Assembly: GCA_951406725.2 (NCBI GenBank)
Contig: OX597824.1
Coordinates: 1,488,001 to 1,552,000 of the forward strand
Direction: 5' to 3'
Source: Octopus vulgaris
Taxonomy: Eukaryota
Length of the DNA: 64,000 nt
The translations under genes and the position numbers were made by a program. Under the pieces are notes generated by a model that was not told the origin of the DNA, did not search any database, and saw only the letters and a list, made by a program, of their open reading frames with translations. Below, one piece after another: positions 51,816 through 64,000 of the stretch. How positions within the stretch are numbered: position 1 is the stretch's first letter; every line of letters starts with the position of its first letter.

Positions 51816-54466
51816 GAAAGAATACGAAACGTTATTAAATGGAACTGTAAACCCAAACTTTATGCATTTTTTCTTCCTAAATAAATTATTTTTTTTGGAT
51901 ACTTTGATCGTATTTTCTTTTGTGTCAAATGTCACATCCAAACACAAATGGCTGCATTAATAAAGGGCTTATTGTTTGCAATGCTTAGGAGCATTACAAT
52001 TGGTTGGAAAAGAATAAAGGAGGGAACAGAAGCCGCAATAAATCAAGGAACGAAAAACAGCAATGAGACTCAAAAGTGCGATGCGCTAAAACACAAAAAG
52101 TGAGACCCCAAGAACAGTCAAAGAGGCATGAAGAGGAAAAGACGCTTCTCATGAGTAGTGTTGGTAGATTCTTGGAAGCGTGAAAGTTTTGAAGGATGCC
52201 ATGTACTAAGAAGTAATTAATTTCATGCTTCGACACTTCTAAAGGTGAAAAACAGTTTCCAAAAGTCATGGGTGCTGCATCGTGTCAAATACTCTCAACA
52301 AACCAAGTGTTAGCTTGAATATATAGCTTCATTCCCTCACGGCGTTAATGAGAAATTTCTCCATACCATCGGCTAAAACATGCATAAAGCTTACATCAGT
52401 AAACTGGGAAGCGTATCAAGAGAATGTGCTAGAAAGCAGAGTTTTATGAGAACAACTAAGTAATTATACAAATCTATAGATTCAGGAATAACACGAGGGA
52501 TTGCTCACTACGACTGAAAGGACTTGGGAACGGTTGAAGCGGTGGATGAAAAATGTTTAAGAAATACATTACTACTTTCCAAACTGAACCGAAATTAGGC
52601 ATAACGGCTATTAAGAACTCTGACAGCTTCTACACAGTTTAGGTTAAGTGAAGCCAATGGCATAAAGTAAACAAAGATATACACGCTAAATTCTAAACGA
52701 AAATATTGCATAACTACAGAGGTAGCTAGCACGAATGATGACGATGACGTTAATCGTTAAACGACAATAATAGCCCCGAAAGTCATGTTAGAACAGAAAT
52801 CCTGGTGTTTAGACAATTGCGAAGCAAACATAATCCTTAAAGATCACAAGGAGAAATTCGTCACAGAAACACCAATAAAGGCTAATAAACCCCTTTGAAA
52901 GTGTTCTGGATTAAGCTATCAACTATCTACTGAACCGCAGAAACGGCAAAGCTTGAAAAGCAGCTCGGATACAACAATGAAATAATAAAAAAAAAAGGTT
53001 GTTGGCTCGTTTAATAAACATGCGATCAAAATAGATGCTAATTCTCAGTTCAGCATTATCGAAATATTGATTTCAAAACCGTTCCTCGCAAAATCCCATG
53101 AATTTAGAATAAAACAATCTATCTGTTGCGGCAGTATAGATATAATTCTACATATCAGGAATTCATTACATTTTGACAGAGACCCTGCATAACTGCAAGG
53201 CGATTATGAGTGATTCTATGTCACGATGGGCTATAACTGATTGAGGAGAAGCCGGCTGTTATGCACCTTTAAGCATACCATGGACTTATCTAAATGCATA
53301 TTTATAAAACACACAGACTTCTACAACGATGTTGTTCTAGTTGTGCTCAGAAATGTAAACGGACGCATAAAATAAGAAAACACATAATCGATACCTGTAA
53401 TAGATTGGAAATTGATATTATTTTAACAACTAAACTAAGACGCGTTTATTATTTCCTTGACGTCAAACCATACACAAAATAAAAAAAAAAAGCTTTGTTA
53501 TATTTACAATCCTATTACTCAAGATCAACAACCGGAACACCTATTTACGAATTTAGAGTGAGATGCTCGAGAAGTATGGTGTAAAATATTACAGGTTGGC
53601 TACCAGTTGTTCAACACATTGTGTCACCTTATTGTATCACAGAATACATCATAGCTCTTCTGAATGCTTATAGCCCCGTTCTAGTTTCAGTCTTTGCGCT
53701 GAAGCTATTTTGGGAACCTCCTCTAGGGGTTTTGTCGGATCCTATCACCACCATTACATATTTGAGCTTGCTACTTTGGTTTATCGAACTCAATCTTCTG
53801 ATTGATTGGGGTATTCATTGGTGCAAGGGGATACGAGCACAACACACTCTTAAGTATATAACAAGACTACAAACACTAGAATTAACACATAATACGATAC
53901 TTTGGTTAAGAATTTTGCTCCTTAAATACTTCGTTTACGATGCAAACCAACTTCGAGGCATCAGAACCAAATGTCTTGGGGCAGAAACTAGAAAATGCTA
54001 GTTTTGTTGAAAATAGTCCGTTAACTGAAACTGCATGTTTTTGTGTTGTCTTGATATTTCACCTTAGATATCACCACTACCAGGTCCTTGGGTGGCCTTC
54101 ACGAATGCTTTATGCTTGATTCATTCGAACAGGATATTCAACCCCCAAAAGAATAACTCAATATTCTGACACACTATTACTTCCTTAAATCATAATTCTG
54201 TGTTTCCTTCTTTCGTATATTCTTCTTCAGTTTCTACGAACTGAAGGTAAAGAACAAAAAATGGCTATTGTTGTCATTCTACATTATCTGATTAACCATT
54301 AAATATAAAGAATAGGAACGCAATAAATATTTCATTTTATTGGTCTGTGCCGAAATGGTATAAGAACAGATTTCGGAGAACTGAACAAGAGAAAGATAAA
54401 CAATAAACTCGGAGAGAAATCAATGTTCATGGCTGTGTGTGTGTGTGTGTGTGTGTGCGTGCGCGC

Positions 54467-54564
<98 letters not shown>

Positions 54565-56096
54565 CGCTTCGTGCACATGAAGTGGGAAGCAAAAAAAGTG
54601 TTTGTAAATATATAAGAGGGTGGAGGGATAGAAAGGGAGAGAAATATGGTGAGAGGAATATATTACATGAGAATATTCTTAAAAAGAAAGCAGAACGCAC
54701 GCTGTATTTACTGGTGATTATTGTTGAATTTATTGATAAAAATATTATATTGAAGTATAAAAGAATAAGGCAACATGCTTGTATTATAAGAAGAACGGAG
54801 GAGAAGAGCAAAGATCTGAAGTTCAAAACGTACGAAAATGTCGACAGAACAGCTTATAGCAAGGATTGAAATACAATCCTTTCTATTGCTAACCTGAAAT
54901 AACAAATTAGTAATGCCATTCCATGAAAACATTGAAGAGATAAATAAATTCTAGGAAAAAGAGTATTATGTTTACACCTGTTGTTTCTTATAAAATCAGG
55001 TTTCCTTTGTGACGAAACTCAAAGCGATGGACACACTTATAGCTAGAGTTGCTGTATAGAATGGAAAGACGAAGAGTACATATGACTTTTGTGTGCCCTC
55101 CAGACTGAAATGGTTGGGGTAAACAATGTCTGCAGGAAAACAATATGCTTTCATATGGAATGCAATATTTAAGTAGACCAGTCATCCAAACACTGAATAT
55201 ATCTTTATGAAAGAATTTCTCAAGGAGTGTATTGGTTATTGATACGATTTTCCCTGGCAATAAATATCCTGATGATAAACAACATGAGAACGAGAGAAAC
55301 GCTTATGCTTTTAGCTGGAAAACTGTGCATATAGTAATCAAGTGTGTAGGTGGAGGAATGAAAATCATAGTAAAAAAAAAAAAGCTAAAAAGACGGTAGA
55401 GGTAAGTAGGTACAAGTGATTGCGTTGTACGAAAATAAAATATTGTGGATGAGCGTATTGTCGAAGATAAGAACTTGTATAGCTGCTCTCCAATTAAGCT
55501 TCAGATTAATGTTTACGTGTATGTGTGTCTATTTTGTATGTGCTTATACTGACCTCTCATTTAGTCTCTTATTTCATTGTCATACTTACGTGTATATGTA
55601 TGGATGATATATATATAATATATCCGATTCGATATTATTTCCTTATTGCCGTATCATTAAAACGGTTCTTTGTTTACCAGAAAGGCTACTTAGACTTTAC
55701 TGACGGTTCTATTAGATTCGTTTATTGCTTTGATCAACATAGAAATTTATAATTCATTCGTGGCTAATATATTCTTCTATATTTCATCACCGAGAGACAT
55801 CTAATAAAGATATATAAATGAACTACCTGAATTCGATTCCATTTAACAAGAAAATAATCTCAAAGGATTCTCTCACTAAAAGCTTTTAGATTATCAAAAC
55901 TTTAAGAAACTAATATTATTTCATACAAAATTTATCGCTTAAAGGTGTACTCCAAAGTTTTTCAAACTATATTTATCAATATATATATAACCAATTCCAT
56001 GTTTCAAGTTTGTAATATACTGCGACCTTCTTTGGAAGAGAATTGAAAAAAAAATTTACATTTTTCTTTATACGTGTACACACACACACGCACACA

Positions 56097-56148
<52 letters not shown>

Positions 56149-59100
56149 AACAAATAAATAAAGAATATATTTCACAGGCAAACATATTCAATATTTTGTG
56201 ATTGCCGTGCCGGTAATATAATAAATATGAAAATGTTCGTGCACTGGTTATTGGTGTAAAATCCATGAGTTTTGTAAATTAATTCATTCGTTTTTATACG
56301 ACATAGCTTCATATTTTCAGGATCAGAATAATGGAATACATAATATATATTTGCACTTCAATACACATAATCATTACAAAACAGAACTTCAAACAAAACC
56401 AAAATATACGTTTGCTGCGTGTTAAAAGCAAATACCGAAATATTAAGTTTTTGATTAATGCAAGTGTAATTTAATATTGAATATTTAGAGGAGGCACACG
56501 CATAAAAGCACCATTTCAGTAAAAATATGTTTTCATCTTTCCCAGATGATAACATTAGTACGGTTGATATACTGCGGTCGCTTCAATAGCAAATAACACT
56601 TGACTAGGTTGCAATTACTTTTTAATAAATTAAAATTGTTGTTGTTCTGGTTGTTGTTATTTAGTCCTAGGCTGGCGAAGAAGGAGCGGACTTAAGATCA
56701 AAGACATACTAAACGTGACCATCCTGTTATTTGGGAAAGCTTATCTTTAATTGCATCGTAAAATATTTCTTTGCTCTGTCACTGGCGCTTACCAGTCTTT
56801 CAGCCGCGGCCATGCTGTACCAGCACAGATTCTAGTTTGGTGTATATTCTGTTTATCTACATTGACGGACCTGCTTAGTTACGGGACATAAAAAAACAAC
56901 CCAACCGGAGTACATATATACAAAGATATATATCACAGGCAAACAGACAGACAGACACACACACACACATATATACATACATGTAATGAGCTTCTGCAAA
57001 ATTCTCATCTCCAAAATTACACTAATGCACTCAGAAGATCTTTATCACGAAGTGGAACGAAACTCAGAACTCAGTGACTTCGTGACTACAAAATTCTATG
57101 TCTATGAAAAACAGAGTCCATTCACTTCATTGGAAGGAGATGAAATAAAACAATACATCATCAATGTAATATGCTTATTTAGATGAGTTTGCAGTTTGCA
57201 TCAGTGCAAAACCAAATATGAGTGCATTTAGTACGCGTTCGGTTCTCGCTTGGTGATATTTTATGAAAATGTCTTTGTAAAGATGAAACATGAATATCAT
57301 AAGTACTTCTATAAGTTAAGGATACCAAGTAATAAATCAGCATTTTTGCATTGTTGCGGTATCTTGGATCAACATTGAACGAACAGACATGATGAAAAAC
57401 CCATCAACAGAAACATTTCCGCCAGTTTAGGAGTATATACGACTATATTATCTAAGGTGTCCTGCCTGATTTTAAGGCGGTCATATTATGATGTAAGAAA
57501 TATTTAACTGCTATTTTTAGGAGATCGAAGGGCAATATAGTGTTTTCTTTGTCGGCACGTTCGATCAGTGCTTACTTCATTATTCTTTCACGGATCAATT
57601 CACTGGCGTCGGTCATTGAGGAGCAACTGGGAAATTATTGATATGACACTATCGAAAAACAATTTCATTTCACTGTCTAATCCATTTCTCTTTGCTATTG
57701 CAACTACTCTCTTTAAGAATGTTCTGTGAGCGACAATTTTGATATTGTGAATTCCATTCAGTCTCTACCAACATTTCAGGTTTTTAATACAAGAATATGT
57801 TACAAATGTTACAAATTGCTTTTCAACTCATAAAAACCCAACTGAAAGACATTCAAAACTCGACAGGACGGTAATTTTTCAGAAGGTTTGCGCTTTTGGG
57901 ATGTCGAGTTGGTGATAGGGAGTTTTACAGTTACCTATAATATGATGTAAATTTGACCCCTATTTCAAGGCAGTTAAACGATCACCGTGTCACCCTTCTT
58001 TACTTTTATATAATTGCATTGTTTGACCAGGAAAACACTTGCATTGTCTCCTTAATGAAGGGACAAATTTAAATTGTCGCTCACAGACCTTTCTTAAAGA
58101 GAGTAGTTGCAATAACAAAGAGAAATGGGTTAAAAAGTGGAATAAAATTGTTTTTCGAAAGTGTCATACCGAGAGAATGTCGTTATCTGCGTTTAATGCT
58201 CGCTACACTTAAAACAATTAGCGAAGGCACCATGTATGCCACCACATCCTACTCTTTAGCGAGTGACGGTTATGTTTTTGTTTTTAATCTGAGTTTTACT
58301 AAAATCCTTGTAAACTTTATGCTTACGTTCACAAAATATACTACTTTGAGACATATTGCTTTTGAAAATCATTTAAAAGTTTGTTTACGTAATGCAAATA
58401 TAATTTTTTGACATATTGTATATAAATGAGCCACTCTAAGTTTATTTAAAATTCAGTATGTAAATAAAACTTAAGATAATAACACTACGCGCACGCAGAC
58501 ACACACAACCTACAACCATTCACTTTTTATCGGACACCACACATTATACTCACAAAATCATATTCGCGCTCGGTTTTTGTGCACAAAATTGAAATTCCAT
58601 AATTAGCATTCAGATTCATTTTGAATTAGCTGTTGTTTGTTAATCGATTCATTTTAAAGCTTTGACAACTAACCTTAAATTTCTTGTATAATTTACAGTT
58701 GGTGGGTTACAACGAGAACGGCGAAGTATTCATCAGTTTCCGGTGAAAGAGTAATGCACCATTTCGAATCACGATTAGCGAACAATGTCTTTTCTCTTAA
58801 GACAGTCATTCGATAGAACAATGAAGAACAATGACCATTAAAATCTGACGGCTACTCTTCTTTAGTTTTCTCTTGTACTCAAGATTAAGATCAAAATTAA
58901 AGTTAAGCCATCAATCCCGAGCGAGTATCACGTGATAAATCTTATCCTGTCTTCGCTTATTGTTTTAGGGGCCTACATCGTCAAGAACAGGTAATAGACA
59001 TCCTCTAAGGACCCTCACCTTTGACACAGTGAAACATTCAGAATGAAAAGACAGGGGTTTGCATAAGTACCCGGCCGGTACTCATTACAAGTGAGGAGAT

Positions 59101-59445
59101 TGACTGCAAAACGTGAAATGAAGTGACCTGCTCGTGGACACAACACGTTTAAGGAATAAAAGCATAACCTTACGGTCATAAACCGCAAGGCTCGTTCCCT
59201 AATTAAGTTAAAAATCATATTGTTATAAAAAATATCAGAACAGTGTAATCGCTACATTTATTAAACAGCCTCGCTCGTTAGAGTGTAATAAATTCACACC
59301 TTCATTTCGAATTTGCCATTAAAATCCTCAACATCGCATATATTCCTGAATTTCGTTGACAGAAATATAATTATATCGAATTTTATAATTTCGAGTTTTA
59401 TCCCAATACGCGGCACACTGGAGAGGAGCTACGGGTCGACTAATG

Positions 59446-59513
<68 letters not shown>

Positions 59514-59519
59514 ATGTAT

Positions 59520-59710
59520 ACTTTTCGTTGTTTCAATCATTTGACTGCGGCCATGCAGGAGCACCACCTTTAGCCGAAGAAATCAACAGCAGGAGTTATT
59601 CTTTGTCAGTCTGGATCTTATTCTATCGTTTCTTTTGCCGAACAGGTAAGTTTCGGGGACATAAACGCACCAACATCTGTTGTCAGGCGATGGCAGGGAG
59701 ACACACACAA

Positions 59711-59741
<31 letters not shown>

Positions 59742-60125
59742 CACTACTAATATAGGATGAAGTCTTTTACAGAAAATAATTTCATCAAAAGTGGTAGCAT
59801 ATTAAAATACCTTTAAAGGTTAAAATTATAAACAAGGGCAAAAGAAAATTATTTCCATGCCAATATGCTGATAACAGACTTATAAATCGTCAATTGACGA
59901 TTTAAAAGTCTGTTATCAGCATATTGGCATGGAAATAATTTTCTTTTGCCCTTGTTTATAAGTTGTATATACACGACGGGCTTCTTTAAGTTTCGTCTAC
60001 CAAATCCACTCAGAAGGCTTTGGTTGGCTCCAGGCTATAGTAGAAGATACTTGTCCAAGGTTTCATACAGTGGGATTGAACCCACTGTCTTTGGGAAGCA
60101 AACTTCTTACCTCATAGCCACGCGT
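59520..60125 (-). mobile_element. Family-A SINE interrupted in its internal (TA)n by a fold-back insert
   Basis: TTGTTTCAATCATTTGACTGCGGCCATGC... on the left and CGACGGGCTTCTTT..GTTTCGTCTACCAAATCCACTCA... on the right are the two SINE halves. Confidence 0.85.
59743..59961. mobile_element. Fold-back insert: leader plus spacerless 136-bp palindrome (59826-59961, one mismatch)
   Basis: Centred on CAATTG (59891-59896). Leader and left arm resemble 51221-51380 (GTGGT..AGCATATTAAAA...AG.TTAAAAT...CAA.ATGCT...AGAC...AAATCGTCA). Confidence 0.93.
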
Positions 60126-60155
60126 TCGTCTATTTATGTGTGTGTGTGTGTGTGT

Positions 60156-60213
60156 GATAGGTTAGGCTGAAATACACTTGACCCTGGGTTCGCCGATTAG
60201 AGTCGAAGAGGGT
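60156..60213 (+). repeat. 58-bp perfect direct repeat, copy 1 (inside a TG/CA microsatellite)
   Basis: GATAGGTTAGGCTGAAATACACTTGACCCTGGGTTCGCCGATTAGAGTCGAAGAGGGT is identical to 61036-61093. Confidence 0.95.
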
Positions 60214-61035
60214 ATACATAGTGTATATCTGAAAACTTCACATACACACATATATATTGTGTGAGAGCGGGCGTTTTGCTGTGGCGCAGATGGATGGTTA
60301 CAATCTAGTTACTAAACAAGCAAAAAAAAAAAAAAAAGAAAAAAAAAGGACATAAGAATAAATGAATTTGGCGATATATAGCAGAAATATCGGTCGGTGG
60401 TATGCAGCTCGGATATTCAAATCTGTTTATAAACATTTAGCAAATAAATACGTTTAATTCTTTATCTAGGACATTACTTTCCAGCTCAACATTTAAAATT
60501 ATGTCTTGTACCGAATAAGATAAAGGTGAATATATTTCTACAAAGCGAGTTACTAAGGAGCGAAAGTGGGAAACACCATAATCTGGTGGTTCTACCAAAC
60601 ATAAAATAAAAGAAGTAAAAATTCCTGAAATTGAATACTTCACATTGCAGCAATAATGTTGGTTGAAAATCTGCGTGGAGCCGTTCATATATCTTCTAAA
60701 CTGTTCTAAAAACCTCACGATAATAGCAAACCAGATGAGAAAGTGCTTTACTAATGCCTGGAAAGATTTAAAAACCCATTGTTAGTAACTATAACAGATA
60801 AGGAAAAACGATACATAGAAGAAAGACCTGAGCTAAGACTAGATATGAAAAGCTTAATCGGAAAGTATTAGAACGAGTTATATGTAGTATGGAAGGACAC
60901 AGTTTAAAGATCCGTTTTCCTTCAAGATGTGTAATACACTCACGGTTGGATATTACAGTCAAATCTCCTTTGAACCATATTCTAGAGAAGAACACATCAG
61001 GTAATGTGTTCCTGGATGAAAGAAATATAAAGACC

Positions 61036-61093
61036 GATAGGTTAGGCTGAAATACACTTGACCCTGGGTTCGCCGATTAGAGTCGAAGAGGGT
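61036..61093 (+). repeat. 58-bp perfect direct repeat, copy 2
   Basis: Identical to 60156-60213, 880 bp away. Confidence 0.95.
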
Positions 61094-61178
61094 CGATGCA
61101 AAGGCTGCAACAACCAAAAAAAAATCCGGTGCTACCATAGCAGCAACGGCGACACTAACTACTGCAACAGCAACAACA

Positions 61179-61556
61179 GGGGGCGAAATGGCCCAGTGGT
61201 TAGAGCAGCGGATCGCGGTCGGGGGATCGCGGTTTCGATTCCCGGACCAGGTGTTGTGTGTGTTTATTGAGCGAAAACACTTAAAGCTCCACGAGGCTCC
61301 GGCAGGGGGTGGTGGCGTCCCTGCTGTACTCTTTCGCTCCAACTTTCTCTCTCTTTCTTCCTGTTTCTTGTCCCCGACTTCCTACGCAACCGCTGAGCTT
61401 GGATACGCATTCATCCATCCGTCGATGCTCTCGGTGTCGGTGGTTGACTTGCTCTGTATTCTGCGGGTCTTACGAATAGCAAAAGGAGCACGTTTCGGAC
61501 TTCTCCCACTAGAGAGGCGCGATCTTGCGTGCTCTGGGACGAAGACCGCTTCGCTT
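61179..61556 (+). mobile_element. GC-rich tRNA-derived SINE, family E, with (AAC)n tail
   Basis: A box TGGCCCAGTGG, B box GGTTTCGATTCC, CpG-rich body; possible target-site duplication GCAACAGCAACAACA at 61164-61178 and 61561-61575. Confidence 0.85.
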
Positions 61557-62156
61557 AACAGCAACAGCAACAACAACAAAAGAAGCGGTCATATTTAGTA
61601 CTGATGTGCAATCTAGATTAAGCTGATGCTAGAACACATCTCCATGAAGACACAAAACCTATATAGAAGCTCATACACACACCCGTAAGACAGTGATAAA
61701 CACATACACACATACACACACACACACACGCACACGCACACGCACACGCACACGCACACGCACACATTGACAAATTTTAGCGCTGCTCACCGACCAAAAT
61801 ATCTGATTTCGAAACAAGACCTAACAAAATGGGCAACCGAATATAACTCATAAAAGTATTCTCTCCTGTTCTACAATAGTAAGACAATTGCAGTCAATAC
61901 GTCAGTTATTTTCTTTCAGCTTCATTCCCCCCCACCCCAGGAATGGCCATTCAGGTATCCTGCCATTCATACAATCATTGGAGTGTAATGTACGACGTTA
62001 ATTTCCTTGCCTCTTCTGTAAAAGATATAGCTTATAAGACCAAAATAATTTTCTTCTTCGTCTAATGCTTGTATAATGCATATGCACATCGGCCAATTCT
62101 TTCTTTCTTTCTTTCTTTTTTTCCTTCTTTCTTTCTCACACACACTACAGGCATGT

Positions 62157-62382
62157 ACATACATACATACATACATACATACACACACACACATACGTAT
62201 ATACATACATACATACACACACACATACATACATACATACATACATACATACGTACATACATACATACGTACATACATACATACATACATACATACGTAC
62301 ATACATACATACATACATACATACGTACATACATACATACGTACATACATACATACATACGTACATACATACATACATACAT
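62157..62382. repeat. (CATA)n/(CGTA) tetranucleotide array
   Basis: Directly visible. Confidence 0.97.
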
Positions 62383-62549
62383 AGATGCATGCATGCATAA
62401 ACCGCAACCCGGAGCGACAAGTGGCGTATTTGACGTGGGAGTCTATTTATCGAAAATACGATGAATACTATCTCCAACTTTGGAGACAGAACTATCAGCC
62501 CTGTCAAATAAATGGTTAATCTTGAGATGAATTAACAGAGGGAGCATTT

Positions 62550-63003
62550 TATCCACGATCGTGGTGGAGAATACTCGGTCTATTGTACGTTACGAGTTCA
62601 ATAAAGGCAGTAACGCAACGGAAAGTGTGAAAAATATTAATGCAGAATGCGGGGATCGGACAATAAGCGTAAACCAGTGTCAAAGGTGGTTCCAGAAATT
62701 CCGAGCCTGAACTACAGACTAGAAGACGAGTCTCGTCCTGGAAGATCTGTAGTGCTCGACGAGGACGTCTTGCAAATCCTTGGGGAACAAAATGCCATCG
62801 TAACTGTTGTGGAACTAGCAGAGAAGCTTGGATTTGTTCAGTCAACCAGTATTTTTCATCGTGGACAAATGAATTTTGGAAGAGGGGCCTTGCAAGTCTA
62901 CCAGATTGATGGAAGAAGAGCATATTAAAAGAACCGTTTTTATCTTAATTTTGAAAAATAAAGATGTATAACAAACCCGCATTATTTATGGGATGACCAT
63001 ATA
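62550..63003 (+). mobile_element. Internally deleted mariner transposon (HTH region, C-terminal end and right TIR)
   Basis: RSIVRYEFNKGSNATESVKNINAECGDRTISVNQCQRWFQKFRA/NYRLEDESRPGRSVVLDEDVLQ...ELAEKLGFVQST is a mariner HTH1-GR-HTH2 region. It is followed by GLASLPD*W and a TIR-like CCGCATTATTTATGGGATGACCATATA. Confidence 0.87.
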
Positions 63004-63020
63004 ATCTATATGTATGTGTG

Positions 63021-63080
<60 letters not shown>

Positions 63081-63311
63081 TAGATGCACATATGCATGTA
63101 TTCCATCTGTTGGAAATTTCCCAAAGTATTCTTCGATTGCACAGTTATGGATCAAGAGAATACATGAACAGGTGCTTTTATCAGATTATTTAATTAAATC
63201 TTGAAAATAATTATCTTTCACTCCAATTTCTAATTTAAAACATCTCTTAACGGATCTGAAGCGTCTCATATCCGTCACGAAGACGAAAATGAATAATAAT
63301 ATACATACTTA

Positions 63312-63342
<31 letters not shown>

Positions 63343-63395
63343 TTATTTATATATGCAGATATGTATGTATGAGTGTAAATATATATATGTGTGTG

Positions 63396-63427
<32 letters not shown>

Positions 63428-63969
63428 AATATCTGCATATTCATATATTCGTATCAATCTCAATCTCTGTATATTTGTGCGCTTATACTTGCACCTACAT
63501 GTTTGCTTTTTGGAGTGTTTGCTTGGAACTTGTATATAAACAACATTACCTCAGGCGTTCAATACTTTTGATTACGCCCAACGATGTACTGCTTGATAAT
63601 TCACAGCAGCCATTCCAGATTCTTCTAAATCTCTCAGCATAAGAAATCGACTCTAAACATGAATAGAACGCGAGGTGGAGTATTATGTATGATTGTACAC
63701 AACTATGTGCCAGTTCCTCTTATTATACATTTCGTAGCGATTGATCAATCTAAGGTGTTATGAAATACTTATATATTAAATCGAATATCTACAGAACTAT
63801 TTAATGAATATATAATATATTTTGCCAATACCAAACAGGTATATTCCATCTCAAACACGCAAATAAATGAATAAACACGGGGAAAGAAAATAATATACAG
63901 ATGCCTGATATCATTAATATATGCATCAATCTACATATAGAACTGACATGCAAATCATTTCATAGCATA

Positions 63970-64000
<31 letters not shown>

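Noticed and set aside
52200-54000. Complex sequence that might be an old LINE, including ORF 53621-54001
   Set aside because: No diagnostic motif could be recovered in any frame.
60437-60718. PPDY...HFRSL resembling mariner LAPSDYHLFRSL
   Set aside because: Spacing is wrong and no other mariner motifs flank it.
61179-61250. tRNA-like sequence
   Set aside because: No proper acceptor stem or terminator; it continues into a 300-bp body and tail, so it is a SINE head rather than a tRNA gene.

Overview
AT-rich, microsatellite-saturated animal genomic DNA. The SINE, LINE and transposon families look like those of coleoid cephalopods (Octopus); this is recognised from memory, not from a search. 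I see no convincing intact protein-coding gene, and almost all ORF-track entries are translated microsatellites. The window holds many tRNA-type SINEs of at least four families and decayed fragments of a Helitron (Pif1 helicase plus 3' CTAG end), CR1/L2, RTE and R4/Dong LINEs, a Penelope-like (PLE) reverse transcriptase, a mariner and a Tc1/maT-like transposase. The most notable signal is a set of short inserts inside (TA)n microsatellites. Three carry canonical-core minimal type I hammerhead ribozymes (9224, 13693, 47756) and five carry variant or decayed ones (2933, 4245, 6447, 28016, 41419). Six share one architecture: (TA)n, unpaired leader, inverted repeat, (TA)n, all with the same polarity. 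One of them also copied 19 bp of its host flank in inverted orientation. Together these suggest a (TA)n-targeted, hammerhead-bearing PLE-type retroelement system that integrates by fold-back or twin priming.
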